64,000 bases of DNA from NCBI GenBank assembly GCA_965644295.1, contig CBFFRP010000041.1:1-64000 (forward strand), written 5' to 3'. Of the stretch, positions 24,558 to 37,727 are shown one piece after another. The notes beneath the pieces were generated by a model that saw nothing but the letters and a program-made list of their open reading frames with translations, did no database searches and was not told the DNA's origin. The position numbers and the translations under genes are program-made. This DNA is from Paraphysomonas bandaiensis. Taxonomy: Eukaryota; Protista; Chrysophyceae. The first letter of the stretch is position 1. Each line of letters opens with the position of its first letter.

Positions 24558-25583
24558 TTACTCTTTTCGTTGCTGGAAATTCCTTCTGCCTTTTGCAAAG
24601 ATAGTGCTAATTCTCGATCTCGCTGCATCTTCCGGAGCAACTGCGATGACTGGGTGGCCCTGCAAGTGCTCAGCAATCAAAGGAATATATAATTCTGGCA
24701 ATTATTACGTACCGTTTCCACGCATATACTGCAGCTTTTTTCACGCGGTTGAGCACGATAACCTTCTTGATAGCCCACATCCATTTCAATCTGCAACCTG
24801 ACATCTCAACCGCCTGTCGCTTACATCCAGACGCAAAGAGAGAAGAGAGGCGACGGACTGAGTCATCTACTTGCGCAGGCACAAGCCATACGGGTTTAGG
24901 AATAGAAAGAGGTTCTACCTTGTATAAAATTTCTATAAAAATTATTAGAATAGAGGATACAGGATATATAGTTATACTACACCGTTGTATTTTCTAAGAG
25001 TTGGAACAGCCGGCATTAGGGCAGCTTTTTGGCACGATAATGATCCCATAATAAAATCGATTGAACAGGTAAGCCTCATGTTCTTAATTATATCGTAAAG
25101 CGCAACTTTACGGTCTTGATATTGTGCAACATCAGACATATTTTCGATAATATCGTGGATGGTGGTGGCATTGGCGTACAAGCGTTCCATCTCAATATTT
25201 TGTAGTAAATCGAAAGAAACAATCTCATACGTATCAACTTCAGAATGATAAAATAAACTGATCTGTGCGGGAATTCCGTACTTCCAGTAAATAGTGTGGC
25301 CGTTAAATATATTTACTACGTTGCGCTGTAGAGTTGGGAGATCCATGCGTCTTCTAATCAACTTTATATCAGAGTCATCTTTAGACGGTTGTCTCACCAA
25401 TGATCTTCGCCTAGTACGTTTAGTCGTAGTAAATATATGACTATCATCTCTACTATCTTGACGGGCAAGAGTTGCTTGTCTTCGCGGCTTTGGGACTATA
25501 TGAGTCCCAGGAGGGAGCCGCTTATTCTTCTCAGGTTTCAGTTGTACTTTATAATCACTCTTTCGAAGATGAATTTTTTCCAT
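24558..25583 (-). CDS. Hypothetical basic protein (3 exons)
   Basis: ORFs 24972-25640 and 24670-24882 join in frame via two ~50-nt GT-AG introns; ATG 25583, TAA 24558. No family recognised. Confidence 0.65.
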
Positions 25584-26091
25584 ATTTGTTATAATAACCA
25601 CACGAATAGAGTGTCTACTATAACATATACAGAGGTTCACTCACACTACACAATATAATATATATATATATATATATATGCTATAGTCCGATCGAACTAA
25701 CAGATATATGATCACTACACTGACACTTGAATAGTTGATGGACTTGTTGATGAGAGAGGTGGAGGTCACTTAGATATGTGCTCTGATATTGAATATGTCT
25801 TATGATATGTATATATATATATGACAACCTACGCTATCAATCTCCTCTATAGAACTCTACGTACTCCCATTTACGTACAGAGTATATACAGTACCTACCT
25901 GTCTACTGCTGTCTATAGATATGAGATGAGGACAGTGTACAATGTTTGTACTCGTCCATACTGCACACGTTTCATATGAGAAAGTAGATGTCTAGATAGG
26001 ACACACAAAACGGAATTAAGAGAGTGTAAAAAAACTACTAATTCTTTTGAAAAATACGGATTTCTATAACTCATATTTGAAACTCTCTCTA

Positions 26092-26542
26092 TGTACAGAA
26101 GTATGTAGGTGTATGTACAGTATGTATGTATGTATGTATGTATGTATGTATGTATGTATGTATGTATGTATGTATGTATGTATGTATGTATGTATGTATG
26201 TATGTATGTATGTATGTATGTATGTATGTATGTATGTATGTATGTATGTATGTATGTATGTATGTATGTATGTATGTATGTATGTACAGAAGTATGTAGG
26301 TGTATGTACAGTATGTATGTATGTATGTATGTATGTATGTATGTATGTATGTATGTATGTATGTATGTATGTATGTATGTATGTATGTATGTATGTATGT
26401 ATGTATGTATGTATGTATGTATGTATGTATGTATGTATGTATGTATGTATGTATGTATGTATGTATGTATGTATGTATGTATGTATGTATGTATGTATGT
26501 ATGTATGTACATGTATGTATGTATGTATGTATGTATGTATGT
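26092..26542. repeat. (TATG)n microsatellite in two blocks
   Basis: Each block is preceded by the same leader tgtacagaagtatgtaggtgtatgtacag, indicating a higher-order duplication. Confidence 0.97.
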
Positions 26543-26645
26543 ATCTAGCAGGATATATGCGTATGTATGTGTATGCAGTATGTATGTGTGTACAGGGTGC
26601 ATTCTTCTCTTCACATCACAATCATCATTCCCACAACATAATATC

Positions 26646-27136
26646 ATGTCTGTTGCAGCTCGCCATATCTTGAAGAAACACAAAGGGTCCCGCCGTCCCG
26701 CAAGCTGGAGGTGTGATAACGTGACCCAGTCTGTGAGTACCCTCATATCATACATACATACATGCATACATGCATGCAGCATATCTAACAGTATGTATGC
26801 ATATTATGCAGAAAGAAGAAGCTATCGCTCAAATCAATGAAATCCGCTCCAAATTAATGGATATTCTTGCAGCGGAGGGAAAGGACGCTATGGAAGCTGC
26901 ATTTTGTGAAATTGCATCCGTTGAAAGTGACTGCAACTCTGCCCAGAGGGGAGGAGACCTCGGAGTGTTCCAGCGTGGTAATGTTATGAACTACTGTCTT
27001 ATGAGAAAACTGTAATGCCTTTCCAGGACAAATGCAAAAACCATTCGAAGATGCCACTTTCTCTTTGGAGGTTGGAGAAATAAGTGAGATCGTGGACACC
27101 GATTCTGGAATCCACATCATACTTCGCACTCAGTAG
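26646..27136 (+). CDS. PIN1: Parvulin-type peptidyl-prolyl isomerase, Pin1 subfamily without WW domain
   Basis: [58 protein letters not shown]; two introns. Confidence 0.93.
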
Positions 27137-27273
27137 AGGGGTATTTTTGGAATTTGTATTCTAGGTCTACAGCATCGTGAGTACAAATTGATTCATCGCT
27201 TTCTTGGTTAAATATAAAAATCAAATAAACAAACAAAAGATAAACTAGGAACTAATGTATCATGTCGATACAG

Positions 27274-27650
27274 AATATTTCAGGGCAAGGGAGCTATACA
27301 TTGCAATAGTATTTCACGCTAGCATCCCATCAATACTATTTAAATATAATAATATCATTAATCAGGCGGTAGACGGTTGATTATAATAAACAACACATGA
27401 AGAATAAAGACTAATAGTAATAGCAAGACACTGTTGAATAGATCATTAGAACCACACACATTTGCCTATCTGTACAATCGCCTGTCTGGTAATTAATGTC
27501 AATTGATATTTCATTGTATTATCTTATTGTATTCACGCATGAAGAGATATAGGCGAATAAATGAATCTCAATATATATACAACTGTATTACAATATATTC
27601 TTCCCTAGCCCTGCAATATATAATTTATTGTTCCCCAGCCCTGAGATATT
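27274..27650. mobile_element. MITE-like element with ~20-bp imperfect TIRs
   Basis: Left aatatttcagggcaagggag versus right ttccccagccctgagatatt. The interior (27405-27580) recurs degenerate at ~51750-51945. Confidence 0.65.
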
Positions 27651-27949
27651 ATAGATTATAGGCAAATGGTTACTTGAAGATTAGAAGTATGATTAGACAC
27701 AATTTAATTTTCTTTCCTTCTCTCTACTTAGTACGTACTTTAAAATTTTAGGCATTACAGTGTATATTTAAGACCACGTATTATACTGTACATAATGCCT
27801 TGACACGTAGAAGAGAATAGTTTGGCTGCAGTACTTTACCCTTTAATACAACTGTTATGTATATATCTAATGCTTGTACAAAGCGTAATAATAAACACTA
27901 TAAATACACCTAAACAACCATCTAAAACACCACGAAACATGACCCGCAA

Positions 27950-30900
27950 TTAATGCTCTTTCCCCCTCCATGTTCGTACTCCCCCCTCCCATCCTCCACA
28001 CGCCAGCCATATACTATCCAGGTTAGGAAGTGAAAATGAATCGCCACAGTTATCGGCTTGCATAGTATCCATATTATTCACTGACACCAGATCAGCACCA
28101 TTCAGTGTCCCAGAAACGGCACTTAGTGCGACACAAGACAGGGGACCATCACCTTCTGTACCTAGTACTTGAAGGCATTTACCTGTAGATATATTCCACG
28201 ATCGCAGTGTACCATCATATGACCCTGATACCAACACACCACACTGCTGGACCATGCTGCATACTCTTTTAGAGTGACCTTCCAACGTCATGTATGGGCG
28301 ATCGGGCTGAGGAAACCGAGTATCCCACATCCTAATCTTGTGGTCAGCACACGACGCGATGACATTGTGATCATTGTAGTCATCCACCGTTACAGATGAT
28401 ATTGCCGCCGCAGAACCGGTAAGTTGAATACTTTCATATTCCGAACGAATATCCCACAATTTCACGAGCTTGTCAAACCCTCCTGTAATCACTTCATGGC
28501 TTCTCACTGGAAGCAATGAAGACACTAATGCCCGATGCCCATCGTCATATCCTGATTTGAACAGACAATTCTTGGAGTGTAGGTCGTACACCACAAGACC
28601 ACCCTTGGCTGTTCCGAGAAACAGTGATCCGGAAACGTTTATGTCGCTGGGCAGCATCGGAGACCACAATGTGGCAGGCTGTTGAGGTTGCATTAGGCAA
28701 AAGGGAAGAGTGTCTCCCACCTGCGTAGAACCAATCGCATGATGCATACCACTCTGAGCCTTGACATTTAGTTTTGAACTAAGTAAGCACAATGCGGATA
28801 CTCCGCCCCTATCAGGAACTGAAGTGCTTAAAATCTCTGATCCGCCAGAGTTATATGAGGCGTCAGTACTGCCTTGGTATATCTTAACACCTCCACTCGC
28901 CCCACCCACAACGCAGCACCACTTGTCTTCCAGTACATCCTGACTGCTTTCACGCAGCTGCCAGTCATCTGGATTCTGTCCCCACACCGCGACACGAGAA
29001 GAGAGCGTCAAGTTCCGACTAATATGAGGAACTCCCACAGCAACAGCAGTAATTGCTGTAGTAAACGGGCGATGAGTAGCAATGATAGATTTTCGATAAG
29101 GACTCAGTATAGAGTTTCCGAATGTAGTGTTGCGCCTAATCCACTCCGGACTACGGGAAACCTTCATCACGCCAGCAGAGCAGCATGAAATGACTAAGCC
29201 ACAGTCTAAATACTTAACTCCATTAATGCTCGCACTGTGCTTTACACTAGCAGTTTTGAGGCCGGTTTCCGTATCCACCACATTGACGCATCCTTCTGCG
29301 TCACCAGACACTAAATAATGTCCAGATAGGTCCATCGCAGTTACAGCCGCATCATGGGAGCACGCTGAATCAACATGACTAGGATTAAACGCAACGTTCC
29401 GGGAGAAAATATCCACAATGACATTAGAGGAATCTACATCATAACTCTTTCTGCACAATCTGTCGGACGATTCTTCGGAATGTCTGGATGTATCTATCTC
29501 TTCGTGTAGGGCATTCAATCTTCGACTAAGTTCTTGTGCAGTCACGCTGGGAGACCTAGTCGCAACGTCAGTGTCACTATCCACCTCGCTGGAAGCGAGG
29601 TCTCCTTTAGACTCTGATAAAGAACTCTTCAGTCTACCTAGTAGTGGGGATGAAGACCGTGAGTTGGACACAAGCCACGGAGATAATGGTTGCTTCCTCA
29701 TTGGTGTACCTCCATGTAACATATAACGAATACTCTTTTGATCATCACAAGTACCATCTAGCACATTGCCTTTGTGACAACCGTAAAGTTTGTGAATATT
29801 CCATATTTTCTTAATGTGGTCTCTAATCTCTTCGTGCTCGTCATTACTTATGCTAAAATCTCTCGCAACACTCTCCATGATATGCTCAATCTTGTCAGCC
29901 GATATATCTGACGCGCACATATGAATCAAAATAGGTCTAAGGGGAATAATAGCCGGAGTATGCCTCGTCTTTCGTCTCGTAGATTTTACCATATAGTGCG
30001 ATGCCAAAGCATTGTTGATCACAGTTCTCCACAACGTCATGTTTTGATATACAGCATGATGACACAGCCTCGATCTCAAGGTCTGAATATAACACGTTTT
30101 GTCCAATCTATCATCACCATTGGCAGAAAATAGAACGTGATAGTAGTAACCAGACACTTCAAGCAGGCCGTGGGCAGTCAAAAAATCTTTATTCACGCTA
30201 CAAGCTTGGAGTAGTAGTTTACTGAGTCTGAGAATATACCCAAATGCAGTCACATGCAATTCAACTGGACTTTTCTCGCACGCAAACTGAAGTTTTGACG
30301 AAGACTTTCCACTATTTCTGGGGGAAACTTTTCTACGTCCTTGGACTGATATTTGTTCGCAGTATTCGAGCAGTACAGCTACAAGACTACGGCGAGCCGC
30401 ACCTTGGGTAAATGAGTCTGATACCTGCTGGAGAGATGACGCCAAATCCAGTTCAACATTCTCTGTCGAGTACAAGGGAAGAATACGAAGCACAAGTCTC
30501 ATTACGACATCCTCTCCAAACATGTATTCTGCGTGAAGCTTCTTCGATATTTTAAGAAGCTCTGCATTCGTCTTCCTTCTCAGTTGAGAGTGTTGTTGGT
30601 ACGCAGACTGTAACTTCGATAAATTCAGTTCGAAAGTGTCATCATCGCAAATCGTACAACCATTTTCACTTACAAGATGTTCAGCACGCTGAGATCTCAA
30701 TACAGCTTCCACAGATTCCATCGTCCACTTCCGCCTTCTCTTTCTATCGCGTGATTGAGGAGTGTGAATGCTTTCAAACTTCATAGGAGGAAAAACTACA
30801 TCCCTGAAACTTCGCGATCGAGACATCGAATACCCGTCTTCCAGACTAGATGAAGGTGTTGAATCATATGTAGGGGGAAGCTCCAATTCAATATTCAACG

Positions 30901-33900
30901 AGCATTCTTCTACAACAGCGAATCGATATCTATCTAAAATACTTTTTACAGCATTCCTTGCTGAAAATTTCGAAATTCGGGTTTCCGAACAAATCCATTG
31001 CGGCAACAAACGATCAAAGTGCGAGCCGAGACGGTCGTTCTCCACCACCACATATGGGGGTTGAAGCATTCTTCGGGGATTGCATAGCTCACCCAGTGGT
31101 AATATTTGCTCTAAATCTAACCCATATCGTTTGTCTTCTAGAGGGTACATTTCTGTTGAAGAGTTACTAACTGCTTCCGTGCAGGTACCGTACCCATACC
31201 CGTACTTCATTCTCCTTGCACAGTTGACGAAGAGCACAAACTGCGGTAATTGAATACTGCTAATCATACGCTGAAAAGATTGTGTGTCTGTGACAACTTC
31301 AGCAAGTGACCGCGCTTCGAATGGACAGTACCCATCCAGAAACATGTTTCTATTAAATATTGGATAACCAGAACCAACATTGAAAACACAATCCGGAACC
31401 CAGCTAAATATGCACAACATACAGTCAAACATTATAGTCTGGATGATATTATTGAACTCTTTGCGGTCATACACATTGGTTTCTTGAAGATGTATATCTG
31501 TAGTCCCATCAACACACCGCCCAGCCTCTTTTATATTGCCTTCCTCCAAAGTTGATTTGAATGCCATCATACACCATCTGTCTAGATCACATGGAAACCG
31601 AATACAAGGAGGAGCGCTCACTATTTCTCCAATATCACAGTTGACTACAACAACTGACTTCAACACAAGCGGGCTAATTTTATCTAACAGTTTGACAGGT
31701 AGGCCAAGAATATACGGGACTGGTGCTTCAATCAGATCAAGCAGCAATGCTGGCACGACAGGAACATAGGCACTACACCATAAAAACGGATACAGGAGAA
31801 CTTTCAAACTCTCGGCAATTACTGGTAGTCTGGACACATCACTGCTGCATAATAAAATTTTGTGCTCAGCAAGTGCATGGTATACGATATCGAGCAGCGT
31901 TCTGGCGCCAACAAACCGCAACGCCGACTCCAACGAGTGGGGACAAGTTGGCAACGATGTTATAGAATCAAAATGAAATTTTACAACAGTTTCATTTGAT
32001 TTGTTTCCGTTAGAATACTGGGAATCCAGGTCAAGATTGGATGGCAGAGGAAGCTTAACATGTACGTCAAGTATCCCACTGATAGGAGACGGAGCGTCAA
32101 AGCAGAGTGCACTCATCCAAGGTTCCAGTTGAAGCAGCAGTGCGCTGGTCGGGAATCCAACAGAGTGGGCCTCGCCATGCAAGAGAAGTGGGTGGATATG
32201 TGAATGATAGATAACAGATAAGCAAGCAGATAATTCATGGATAACGGGGTATCGTGTAAGAAGACACATACATATACCAACCCATCTCCAGCATACTCCA
32301 GTTTCCTCAGGGACATCAGTGTCACTGCGGGAACGACCATTACCATTACCTCCTTATCAAAGCAAACTTAGACAGAAAGGAAAACAAAATACCACGTACC
32401 ACACTGTTGTGACTCTTCAGTGTTCCCTAGCCCCCATTCTTTCCATTCGCTATCACATCGCGGACGTGTTGTCTCGATTTCCACGGCACACCCTCTAAGG
32501 TAGAATGTCAAGCATACTCCATACCACTGGGCCTCATCTCCAGACTGTAATACGAATGACGACTGCTCGAGTTTCGGTCGAACAGGGCTATCCACAACCT
32601 TCTGTCCTTCGGGAAATGCAAACCACTCCAATTTATCGGGCATGTGGTCCGCACCTGGATGGTCAACCAGAGGGTACTTGTCCCATATACATATACTTGA
32701 AAAGGATTCTCCCTCGGGTGATGGAGACTCCGTCCCACTTTCTCCTCCATCGGAGTGAGCGGAATTATCGACTTCGCCTTCATGCGAAGGGCTCCAGTGG
32801 AATTTACTGTCCATAATGGAATCTGACTCAAATGATCCAAACGCAGCGCTTTCACGAGTCGAAAACGTGGCGCGCGTGGGAGAACAAGGGGGTGTACATG
32901 GCTGGCAATCATCGCTGTCTCGAGGAATAGATGACGGACCTAAAGTTCACATCAAATATTGAGGCACGTTATTACAAAGTGGGCATCACTCTCATTGAGG
33001 ACAGAACACACCTATGATTAGAAAGTAGTCCACTAATCCTCCATGTAAGGAATCTTCTTCAGGAACACCACGGTTCGGTGATGACATTCCGGTTTTGCCC
33101 GTACTTGGCAAACTACGGTAAGAGGATGAAAACGTACGTTTAGGCCGGCTTTGCCCACTGTCTCTAATGGGTGTATGTTGGTCACGAGGCCCCAGAAGTG
33201 CACCCGCAGACTCTGTACGAAGTACAGACGAATTACTACTTCTACCGGGCGTGGTGTATGGGTACGAGGTCATACGGGTAGGTAGGCAGTGTTCCTCACT
33301 GTCCCAGTTCCTTTTAGCATTCGATTGAGGTTGATCATCAAGCCTGACATGCTTCGGAGTCACAGTGGACGGACACTGGACAGCATGCGATCCAGGATAG
33401 CGGCGTGATCTGTCACTTGGAGCACTACGTGGTGAGCTTTCATCGCTATCGTACTCCACATCCTGGATGACAAAAGAATCCAAGCCAGTGTTTGTATCGA
33501 TCGTGTGTAGAATTATTCCGTCTTCTAACTCGTGAGAGGGCTCCTGGGTACTGTAAACAAAGCGCATCACATAAAAACACTACCCTAACACATTTCGTAC
33601 CAGACGGATAGAGATGAAACAGGATTGGGACTAACCGGAATTGACGATAGCTGGGGTGTATGGAGAAAACATACCTGAATAAAAGTCTTATTCACGGTAA
33701 CACTAGTTGTGCACGCTGTTACCTCAAACTTAATTGCACTCTTGATACACTCCAGAATACTTGTATCGGGATTCAACTGATACCATTGTAGAACCTATAC
33801 ATATATATGTCACTGGAATAGAACAGAAAGAATACAAGGAGAACTGACAGCAGCATTCTCTTCCAGACGAGAGAGGGGAATAATAAGACGACCACTGCAC

Positions 33901-34285
33901 TTGTCAACTGTCTTCTTATTTGCGGAAGCCATCGCATACACAGCCACTTCAACAGCATACGATGGAAAAACAGCGTCAAACTCGAACTCCTCTTCATTGA
34001 AGTCAATTGATCCCCCAGAATATGGTAACATGCAGGAGCTGAGTGATTGCAGCAATCCGTTCATATCGTCAAGAATAGAAACATTTATATATATGTGGCG
34101 ATAAGAATATGACTCATTCTCCTTCACTACCAACCCATCAAGGAGATCTGTGCCTTGAAGTACTAACCGCCATTGAAAATGATATAATTAGTTTCTTTAT
34201 CAAGAATATGCAATGAATAATACACAACACTCACATCGCAATCGAAGAGTTCCTTCAGGACACACAGTCTCACTGCATACATCAT
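27950..34285 (-). CDS. C2-like + DENN (uDENN/cDENN/dDENN) + WD40 Rab GEF (SCD1/DENND3-like architecture)
   Basis: LVDYFLIIG, LEWFAFPEG, WYGVCLTFY, LAEHKILLCS..LKVLLYPFLW..AYVPVVP..IEAPVPYILG (DENN); C-terminal WD40 repeats (GHRALVSSL..ITGGFDKLVKLWD, LVSGSYDGTLRSWN). The 5' exon structure is approximate. Confidence 0.9.
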
Positions 34286-35037
34286 TGGAGTCCTGCCTTA
34301 TCATATTCAACACAGGATGTGATGTTGCAGAGATTCTTAAGTATTAAGACGTATGATCATTCGAGATATAGCTGTGTATTGTGAGGTACAGGCAGATATC
34401 CCTATCAAACATACATATATAAACACAGGCCGTTATATTAACAGATACATACTCCAATAGAGTTCAACTCAGATGGCTATGATAGAAAATGATGGGGTAT
34501 CTAATAGCGGATAGCTTGATGGCTGATATCACTCTCAAGAAGTTCTATTTATAGAGATCAGTTGTTAATATATGACTATATGACGCACTATATACATACA
34601 CACTCCTGCTGTACATACATACATACATATAGACACATACTGCTCTGTACATTGTGTACTGTACATACATATACTCTGGACGTGCATACTGGTGTACACT
34701 GTACGTGTATTCATTGGCTGTGTTCGTAGATACGGTGTACTCTACGTATACACGGGTGTACGCTGTCCAGTGTCCACAGCATATCATATGAAAACATAGC
34801 TGTACTACCACTGTATACTCTATATACAGCGGTATACCTAGATGTCCCACCTGGAGGGAATACAGTGTATATCTGTGTATGTATACTGCTGCTGCAGCAT
34901 ATGAACGTTCATTCCCTTGCAACAGATACATTGATTGCATCCTCCTTGCAATGCTCTTACCCTGTGCAGAAGTTTTGATTGCTCTTGAAAGCAGTGCACA
35001 TCTTCAATTCAGTCCTAGTAATTGACAGAAAGCAAAG

Positions 35038-35903
35038 ATGGAGTATACTCAACAATATCCTAAGATATCAGTGGATTTCAGGAAGCTGGATGTAAGATAT
35101 GCACGTATCGTATATCATCACTTAACTCCCTCCATTGCAGAGACCCGCCCTTATTAAATTGATGGATTATTTTAAAGATAAGATGCGCCTCAATGAGGCG
35201 GTACGACCAACTTCTGAAATGACCCGCCTTGAGCTCGCCAATGCAGTCGCAGGGTAGGTATCTCTATTTCTCTGGTGTGATAGTTATGTACAATTATGTA
35301 GCATATTTGAAACGTGCTCGATTCCAGAACATGAAACGGTGGAGAAGTTTGCAGACAAGTTCTGTTACTCAACTTCAGACAAGTCTTTGCCAAGTAAACG
35401 AAAACGAACAGATATGGCTTATCATTCAGTCCATCCCGCAGCTGTGGGAGAACAGGTATGCAGCAGTGTTGCTTCAAGACAAAGTTATTGATATGTCAAT
35501 ATTGTAGGTTGCGGCGAAAATTACAAGCAAAGGTGACGAAGTAGGTTCTTGGATTCTCGGCAATGTTGTGAAATGCAACGCTTCCAAAGAGACATACGAA
35601 ATACAGGACGAAGACGATGTGCGACGAGTCGTAACACTACCATTCAGTAGCGTGAAACGATTAGAAGACACAGCGGCAGATATTCGACGAGGGGATCATG
35701 TTCTTGCGGTGTTTCCAGAGACGACATCCTTTTACGATGCTGTTGTTGTAAAGACTCCAAAGGCTCCAACTAGCTCTACCCAATGGGAAGTTGTTGTCCG
35801 TTTCGAGGACGACGAGGATGAAACTGGAAAGGCACCTCCAAGAAGGGTACCTGCAAGATTTGTTGTGCGTGCATCGGCATTTAAAGACTCAGCAGATTTG
35901 TAG
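35038..35903 (+). CDS. SGF29: SAGA-associated factor 29 (tandem Tudor)
   Basis: QVAAK....SWILGNVV..YEIQDEDD and GDHVLAVFPETTSFYDAVV..VVRFEDDE are typical SGF29 tandem Tudor motifs; short 5' exons. Confidence 0.88.
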
Positions 35904-36652
35904 TCTTCGTAGTTATCATGGTAACGGTGTTGAACTGGAATCTGTGAAGCTTTTATTCAAGTCCTGCACTTTTTTTTTGTAGTTTGTAACCCATTACTGT
36001 ATAGAAGTACGTTCAGTGAAAAGTGTTGTAGTGGTGAAAAAATTAAGTCGTACGGTCCAGATGAAATTCTTTTTTTCTTAATATATAACCGCGACTGTAG
36101 TATCATTAAAATAATGTGCGAAGTTATTACTACTTACTAATAATATCATAGCTAAAACCAATTTATAGTGATTATGTTCTGATAAAAGATGAGAAACTGA
36201 ATGTTTTTATTAGTAACAACTATAACAGTTATATGTTGTATTACATGTATATTGTATATTGTAAATTAACATATACTGAAATGTGGTACCATGGCATCCT
36301 CCTGAAGACTTTACTGACAATTTACAATTGTAAACTACTGATAGCATGGATGTGGAATGGTGAAAAATATGACACTTTTATTTGTGTGATTGTTGCTTTA
36401 CGGAGTTTAGCTGTCGTTCTTAAAATGGTTAACCATATCAAATAGTCTACAACGTATCGACTAGAGACTCGCTAATCGATCCATCTCGTCATATCTACAA
36501 AAAGAACTACTTCGTCTACATTTGTTAGAACACCACCAATGAGAGATTTAAGACACTAGCCTGTCAAAAGAACAAACAGATTCCATGTTCGAAATGAAAC
36601 GAAAAATAACTAAGATGACTGATTATCATTAAACGTTCAGGTTCGTGCGAAA

Positions 36653-37231
36653 TTACAAAGCCTTCACAGCAAACTTTCGCATAGGAAAATAAGCCTCCTT
36701 CTTTGCCTGCTTGGCAGTTTTCTTATTGGCCTAATAGTTGGACGAGTTAGAAAGTCATAGACAGTATTAGTGTTTCCTACCTGCTCAGCAGTAAGTCTTC
36801 TTCTGATAGCTCTGGTCTGCTTCTTCCTCAAGTCAAGAGGAAGCTTCTTGGCATCAGAAAACTTCTCCCTCAACTACATATATCTGTCATATACAGAAGT
36901 AAAATACAAGCTAGTAATACCTTGTCCTTGGTGGTCTGGTTGTACACAGTGAGCACTCTGGCAATAGACTTGCGCACAACACCAATCTTGGCAAGCTTGG
37001 AGGCAGCACCGCCAGTTACTTTAGCGATGCGGAGCTATATATGTATACCAACAATTATATTTTAAAAAATTAAAGCACTTAACCATGTAATTACCTGAGA
37101 GAGCTCGAGCTTGAGATCATCAAGCTGCTTAAGCAATTCAGACTTAGTCTTGTTGCGAAGCTCGTGAGCCTTGACCTTAACTTCAAACAAACATAAATCA
37201 AGATATAATAAAATGATAATTCATTACCCAT
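36653..37231 (-). CDS. RPL35: 60S ribosomal protein L35 (uL29)
   Basis: Spliced [77 protein letters not shown]. Confidence 0.97.
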
Positions 37232-37727
37232 GATGAACTATTATTGATATACAGTCAATCTCGTGATATATATAACTCTCCATTATCTCAAGCTTTAACA
37301 CCTAGATGATAACTACTAACCATTTCCACACACTCCATTCATGATATATCTCAAACCGTCATTAAAAACTAGAAACTGAAAAATATTTGATCTCTAGGGG
37401 AATGTTTAATACAGTGTATTTTTTAGCGTCATCTAGAACACGGGGTTTGTGGAAAATAGCATAGACATACATTAAAACTACAGATATCTAGATGTTTACG
37501 AATATAGAAAAACTGGATTTCTGGCTTTTAGTGGATAGACCTTTACTCAAAATCAGGATTTTTGTATAAAAAAGTCTTTCAATGGGCCTTTTCTATATTG
37601 ATTCCACTATGCATCAGCTCATCAGTAGACTGTATGAGCTGCCTGCAGCTGTCATATTAAACTCAGCACCCCCCCCCCTTAATAACATATCTGGAGGTAC
37701 ATCTACACCTTCTCTATATTCATAGCT

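Noticed and set aside
1097-35903. Functional cluster of chromodomain, H3-like gene and SGF29
   Set aside because: Eukaryotic gene order with unrelated housekeeping genes in between; proximity is probably coincidental.
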